Positions 59,423-64,000 of a stretch of DNA of 64,000 nucleotides are shown piece after piece. The stretch lies in NCBI GenBank assembly GCA_044376115.1, contig JBILLK010000014.1:1-64000 (forward strand), given 5' to 3'. The position numbers and the translations under genes were made by a program. The notes beneath the pieces are model-generated. The model was not told the origin of the DNA and ran no database searches. It saw only the letters and a list, made by a program, of their open reading frames with translations. The number at the start of each line of letters is the position of its first letter. Position 1 is the stretch's first letter. The DNA is from Polyangiaceae bacterium (GTDB lineage Bacteria; Myxococcota_A; Polyangia; Polyangiales; Polyangiaceae).

Positions 59423-60502
59423 CTAGGGTCCGACTAGGTGGGCATCCGTTCCCACCAAAGTCCCAGAAGCGATTTCCACTTCTTCGCCGGCTAGGTCAAC
59501 GCCGAAGAGCGCTGCCTCCTGAGGCCCCATACGTCGATAGACAACTCGCCACTCAGCGCCCGCTTCTCCAACTGGATGCGCAAAGTTCAATTGGACAGTC
59601 TTGGGTTCGCCATTGGCAGGTACCCGCGAATCCCCCACCTGAATGCGGAGCATTGCCTGGTCCTTCCTCTGCATTCGAAACTCGCGAGCGAGCACCACTG
59701 GCTCCAGAGACTCCTTTGACTCTCCCAGCGCCCGAGCCTGGACCTCGAGACGACGAAACATATCGCCGGTGGGCACCGCGTGGCCTACGAATGCCGAAGT
59801 ACGCAAGGAAACCTCGAGCGAGCGCGGCGACGTCAGCCTCGCGCTGACTTCTAGCGAGGACCTCAAGCGCGCAGGGTCTCCATGCACTTGAAAGCGATGA
59901 CTCCGGCGAGTCGGATCCTGTCCAGGCGAAGCCATGTGGCAGTCTTGGCATGAGCTATCGCGTTGGGGAGATTGTTCATGCTCGCGCGCGGTGTCCTGCA
60001 TTGAAGCGTCCTGAGGGATCGGAAACTCGAACTGATGGCAACTCTCGCAGGCACTGGCACTTGCGAACTGCGCCGAGCCAACCACGGCGTGCCCTCCCGC
60101 ACGGGCCTCGAGGTCCCGCACTCCAAGAATGTGCTCCCCCTCGAGATGGCACGTCACACAGCCAACACCAAGAAAGCGGGCCGGGTCATTCGAGTTCGAG
60201 ATATCGGCCATGGGCGCATGGCATCCACGACAGAACGGTAAGGGCTCAATTGCATAAGCCCCCAGAAACACTGGGTCGGTCCAAGCCTGTTGATGCAAGG
60301 ACCCTCGCCACTCTTCAGCAACTGCCGTGTGGCAGCGCTCGCACTCCGCGTTGAGCTCTGTAGCACCAAGCTTGCGAGCGGAGGGTTCGTCGACTGAAGC
60401 AGCCGTGGCTTTAGCGTGGGTCACTGGCTGCTCGAGCCGGAGTGGTTCGGCTGAGCACGACCCGATCAGTCCAAGCAGCGGCACGCCTACGCGAAAAGTC
60501 AC
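59423..60502 (-). CDS. Pentaheme cytochrome c (c554-like) lipoprotein
   Basis: Five CxxCH motifs: CERCH, CRGCH, CVTCH, CESCH and CQDCH. Also EWRGSLH, VGHAVPTGD and lipobox IGSC. Confidence 0.88.
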   Translation of the reverse strand: MTFRVGVPLLGLIGSCSAEPLRLEQPVTHAKATAASVDEPSARKLGATELNAECERCHTAVAEEWRGSLHQQAWTDPVFLGAYAIEPLPFCRGCHAPMADISNSNDPARFLGVGCVTCHLEGEHILGVRDLEARAGGHAVVGSAQFASASACESCHQFEFPIPQDASMQDTAREHEQSPQRDSSCQDCHMASPGQDPTRRSHRFQVHGDPARLRSSLEVSARLTSPRSLEVSLRTSAFVGHAVPTGDMFRRLEVQARALGESKESLEPVVLAREFRMQRKDQAMLRIQVGDSRVPANGEPKTVQLNFAHPVGEAGAEWRVVYRRMGPQEAALFGVDLAGEEVEIASGTLVGTDAHLVGP

Positions 60503-60608
60503 CGGCGAAGCCTAGCGGATCTCGCTCGGGATGTGCTGACCCACGCCTCCTTCGCCCCAAACCATCAGGCCTAGGCAACGCTTCGCGATACGCTTAGAGA
60601 TCGCTGTG

Positions 60609-60947
60609 ATGGACCGACGTACGTTCGCTCACTGCCTTGCTGCGCTGAGTCTCATTGGCTGCGAGCGGCCCGATGATGACTTGTCAGCAGCTGCACCCGT
60701 GGATCCTAACTTTACGGAGTGCACAGGCTGAGGGACCAAGCCCCCCGCCGGTTCGGCGGTACGTTCTCAGCCCGGCGCAAGCCCTGGAGATGCGGCCTAT
60801 TGCCCAATAAGCGGGGCCCCATTTCTCGTAGAGGAGCATAGTCCGAAGCGCGTCCACGGCAACGCCACACTCTATTTTTGCTGCGCCTCTTGCGTTAACT
60901 ACTACGACAAGAACGTCGAAAAAGTCGTCGCGCTTCGCCGCTACTGA
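60609..60947 (+). CDS. Candidate selenoprotein: YHS/TRASH-domain lipoprotein with CxxU (TGA at codon 41, 60729-60731)
   Basis: Reading through TGA gives MDRRTFAHCLAALSLIGC...VDPNFTECTGUGTKPP...YCPISGAPF...LYFCCASCVNYYDKNVEKVVALRRY* (112 aa). A SECIS-like hairpin follows the TGA. Confidence 0.72.
60726..60772 (+). promoter_or_regulatory. Bacterial SECIS-like stem-loop
   Basis: Lower stem GGCUGAG(60726-32)/CUCAGCC(60766-72) contains the UGA, plus two G-U pairs. Apical stem CCGCCG/CGGCGG has loop GUU, with the loop G 20 nt after the UGA. Confidence 0.68.
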
Positions 60948-61052
60948 AGAATCGATCGCACAGACACTCTAGCGAGGCCATTCGGCTTCGCGACCTCGCC
61001 GAGAGTGAGCTCGACTCGACACTTGCTCCGTGCGTGCCATGATGGCGCGGAA

Positions 61053-62510
61053 ATGAATCGCAATTTGACCCTCGCCGAGACCATCGAGGTTGCCCGGCCC
61101 TTGAATGAGGTTTTTGCCTACATCGCGGACTTCTCGCACATCGAAGAGTGGGACCCTGCAGTAGCTCGTGGCAGCAGGGTCAACGACCAACCGCTCGGCG
61201 TCGGAAGTGAATTTCTGATCGAGCTGAAGCTCGGAATCGATTTGCACTATCGAGTGATCGATTGGGTTCCCGACCAACTGCTGCGCATGACGGTGACGTC
61301 CGTCGCCTTCTCGGCGCTGGAGACCCTCGAATTCGAGCGGATTCCAGGAGGGACGCAGGTTAAGTACACAGCAGAGTTCGAGTTCTCGATGGCCGCCGCA
61401 GCCATGGCCCAAGCGTTCCCGGGGATCATGGCTCAGGTAGGAGCGAGAACCGCCGCGGGGATGAAGAGAGCCCTCGAGGACCGCGAGAAAGCTCCGACGG
61501 CGTCTCGGAGCGTTGCAGTCGCTGACAAGTTGGTCCTACCGGGATTAGCCCGCTTCACGCGCTTTGGATACTGGCAGGCTCGCAGGCACTGGAAGCCCTT
61601 CTCGGCATTTCTACGCGACAAGCACATGGTCATCACCGGTGCCACATCGGGCTTGGGGCTAGCCACGGCGAGAGCGCTCGCTGCGCGCGGAGCTGCGCTC
61701 ACGCTGGTTGCACGGGATGAAGCCAAAGTCCTTCAGGTGGCCCTCGAGCTAAAACGAGCTACCGGGAACCAACAGATCAACGTCGAGATCGCTGAACTTA
61801 GTCTTATATCCGAGGTCGAAGCGCTCGCTGAGAGGCTCCTTGCGCGCAACCGCCCAATTGATGCGCTCATCAATAACGCGGGAGCGCTGATCGACCCCCG
61901 CAAGACTACTCGCGAGGGCTTGGAGCAGAGCTTCGCGTTGCTCCTGCTAAGTCCCTACGTACTCACAGAACGACTATTCCCACTGCTGAAAGCCGCGAAA
62001 GGGCGTGTCATCAACGTCCTCTCTGGAGGCATGTACTCACAACGAGTTTGCGTCGCTGACCTGCAAAGCAGCAAGCCTCCTTACTCAGGAGCGGTTAGCT
62101 ATGCGCGCGCGAAGCGTGGACTAATGATCATGACAGAGCTTTGGGCCGAGCGATGGCGCAGCAGCGGGATCGTGGTCAACGCCATGCACCCCGGCTGGGC
62201 CGACACGCCCGGGGTGGTGAGCTCGCTACCGCTTTTTTATCGCATTACGCAGCCCTTTCTTCGTAGTCCCGAACAAGGAGCAGATACGATCGTATGGCTC
62301 GCGGGCGCGACTGAAGCGGGCCAGGCAAGCGGCTGCTTCTGGCTCGACCGCGAGCAGCACCCGACTCACGTGTTTGCCCACACGAAGGAGAGCGACGAGG
62401 AGCGTACCGCCCTTGCTAATGAACTAAAGGCCTACGCCGATAGGCGTCATTCGAATCCGGCTACTGGGCCGGGGGATTTGTTGGGAAGCCCGGCAAGCCA
62501 CTTGGGATAG
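61053..62510 (+). CDS. SRPBCC (polyketide cyclase-like) + SDR (DHRS12-like) fusion
   Basis: VFAYIADFSHIEEWDP, TGATSGLG, LINNAG, SGGMYSQ, YARAKR and MHPGWADTPGV. Confidence 0.88.
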   Translation: MNRNLTLAETIEVARPLNEVFAYIADFSHIEEWDPAVARGSRVNDQPLGVGSEFLIELKLGIDLHYRVIDWVPDQLLRMTVTSVAFSALETLEFERIPGGTQVKYTAEFEFSMAAAAMAQAFPGIMAQVGARTAAGMKRALEDREKAPTASRSVAVADKLVLPGLARFTRFGYWQARRHWKPFSAFLRDKHMVITGATSGLGLATARALAARGAALTLVARDEAKVLQVALELKRATGNQQINVEIAELSLISEVEALAERLLARNRPIDALINNAGALIDPRKTTREGLEQSFALLLLSPYVLTERLFPLLKAAKGRVINVLSGGMYSQRVCVADLQSSKPPYSGAVSYARAKRGLMIMTELWAERWRSSGIVVNAMHPGWADTPGVVSSLPLFYRITQPFLRSPEQGADTIVWLAGATEAGQASGCFWLDREQHPTHVFAHTKESDEERTALANELKAYADRRHSNPATGPGDLLGSPASHLG

Positions 62511-62748
62511 CCAAACCCGAAGGGATAGGTAGACCGCTGGGCACCGGAATTCCGAAGATGCTTGGCTGCGTCGCAGTGGCAGGCGCCGTAGCCGTGGTAT
62601 AGGGAGTCGTGGGCGCGGGATACGTGGCGGTGGGGGCCGTCGCTGTATAGCCGGGATTGGGATACTGAGCGTCGGGCTTGTCGCTGCAGGCGGCGGTGGC
62701 AATTCCAAGGACGGAAACGACGACGATCGATGAGACGAAAAGGCGCAT
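62461..62748 (-). CDS. Small Pro/Thr-rich lipoprotein
   Basis: MRLFVSSIVVVSVLGIATAAC lipoprotein signal and PSGL(P/A)I repeats. Convergent overlap with the SDR tail. Confidence 0.6.
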   Translation of the reverse strand: MRLFVSSIVVVSVLGIATAACSDKPDAQYPNPGYTATAPTATYPAPTTPYTTATAPATATQPSIFGIPVPSGLPIPSGLAIPSGLPGFPTNPPAQ

Positions 62749-62804
62749 GTACAAAGAACGGAGCGCCGCACATGCGCCTTACACCCTGACAAGCCTGGCG
62801 AAGC

Positions 62805-63998
62805 TCACCGGTACATCCGGTCGATTCGGGCCTCGGGAGATCCTCGGTCGAGCAACAAAAGCGCCACGTAAAACAGCCACTCCGCCGGCTTCATCGCCAG
62901 GTACACGAAGTCGGCCAACCAACGCCAGCGAAGGTATCGGCTCACGGGGAGCCCCAAGCGGTCATAGACCCGCCGCGCCAGCCGACCAAACCGCGGCCAG
63001 CGTTCGTGCAAAAGATCTTCAAACGCGTTTGCCGTTGCAAGCTGCCGATTCACCACGATCACCAGCCCGCCGCGCTGCCCAAAACGTTCCGGCCTCACGA
63101 GCCAATCATGACCTCGGGCGGCCACGGTACATAAGTAATGGCAATTGACGGTGACCGTCTCGATTGGAAGCGTCGAGAGGGTGTGACCACAAGTCTGTGT
63201 AAACACCTCGAGAGCAGCCCCCGAGCGGCCAGTCGCAGCGGCGTGAACGACAAAATACAGCCCAATTAGCGCAGGCGCTCCCACAATGGCTCGCTTGAGC
63301 AGCCCTCGATGCACCACGAGTGGCACTTCGACGAGAGCTGGCGGCGGAGCAGCACCACGGTAGACCGGTTGCTCCGGGTTGGCGTTCCGCTGCAAAAGCT
63401 CCTGCTCGAGAGACTCCCGTCCACGACGCCGCAAGCGCTGCAACAATTCGACACCTAGAAAGAAAAGAGAGAGCACCGGTGTGAGCGTGGGAATGAAAAG
63501 CGGCGGAAAGAGAAAGCCAGCCAAGATCCACGGGCCAAACTGGACCGCCACTGTGATGTTTAGCAGCATGCCCAAGAGCAGAGTCGAAAGCACCGCGAGC
63601 TCAGTCCAAGGGCGCAAGGCCTCCGGCCGCTTCTTCGACACAGCATAAGCCAACACCACGATGAGATGCAGCACAACGAGGCCAAGAATGCCGGATGCCG
63701 CGAACGGTCGGTGAACATTGCCCGCGTCGTCACAGGAGTATTGAATGCAGCTGTCTCGTGCTAACCCAAAGGCGTAAAAGAGTCCCCAGATGGGCAGCAA
63801 GCCAAACACCAAAACGTCGGCTGCCGCCTGAAACGGATGTGCTCCGCGCGCCCGGATCCTCTTGTGAGCTTTCACCAACAGCAGCAGCAACACACTGGCA
63901 GCTGCAATACCCAGCAACGCTCCCATCGCGGGTTGGACGGCCAGAACGAGCAGCGACACGAGTGTCAGTGGAGGACTGACGTAGCCAACGACAATCAA
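62805..63998 (-). CDS. DUF6688-like multi-TM protein (5' end probably beyond the window)
   Basis: TM helices followed by HYLCTVAARGH...VVNRQLATANAFEDLL...YLAMKPAEW. Confidence 0.7.
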   Translation of the reverse strand: MIVVGYVSPPLTLVSLLVLAVQPAMGALLGIAAASVLLLLLVKAHKRIRARGAHPFQAAADVLVFGLLPIWGLFYAFGLARDSCIQYSCDDAGNVHRPFAASGILGLVVLHLIVVLAYAVSKKRPEALRPWTELAVLSTLLLGMLLNITVAVQFGPWILAGFLFPPLFIPTLTPVLSLFFLGVELLQRLRRRGRESLEQELLQRNANPEQPVYRGAAPPPALVEVPLVVHRGLLKRAIVGAPALIGLYFVVHAAATGRSGAALEVFTQTCGHTLSTLPIETVTVNCHYLCTVAARGHDWLVRPERFGQRGGLVIVVNRQLATANAFEDLLHERWPRFGRLARRVYDRLGLPVSRYLRWRWLADFVYLAMKPAEWLFYVALLLLDRGSPEARIDRMYR

Positions 63999-64000
63999 GA

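Overview
GC-rich bacterial DNA that looks like Myxococcota (Polyangiaceae/Sorangium-like). This is inferred from the many lipoproteins, Cys-rich and Pro/Gly-rich proteins, a TIGR02147 gene and a kinase-PEGA gene. At 1-2.6 kb, a complete group IIB-type intron (12-1940, minus strand) is inserted exactly into the EVDGGY|H motif of a DUF559 endonuclease gene. That gene has a long SD-sequestering stem and a REP-like element upstream. The 2.7-31 kb stretch is mostly ordinary genes: transglutaminase-like protein, aminopeptidase, SDR, cyclophilin, DEAD/DEAH helicase, a pseudokinase, FGE-family protein, an ACAD+APH pair, MOSC, GST, TetR, MscS-cNMP and two DUF3352-like paralogs. The 31-64 kb stretch looks accessory. 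It holds a T1SS-like TolC/HlyD/ABC trio with a degenerate ATPase, a Thr-type sulfatase-fold transferase, and a nickel-less hyf/Ehr operon with a broken hyfE, a receiver-less sigma54 activator and a pseudo-receiver. It also holds a Cys/Gly-rich surface protein, an orphan VgrG cluster (frameshifted vgrG, degenerate ATPase, DcrB, GH75-like/PAAR/PG-binding chimera, DUF2169) and a pentaheme cytochrome c. The best new signal is absent from the ORF track: a 112-aa YHS/TRASH lipoprotein gene (60609-60947) with an in-frame TGA in a CxxU motif, followed by a canonical-looking bacterial SECIS hairpin. It is a candidate exported selenoprotein, divergent from the multiheme cytochrome. All family assignments come from motif recognition by eye; no searches were run.
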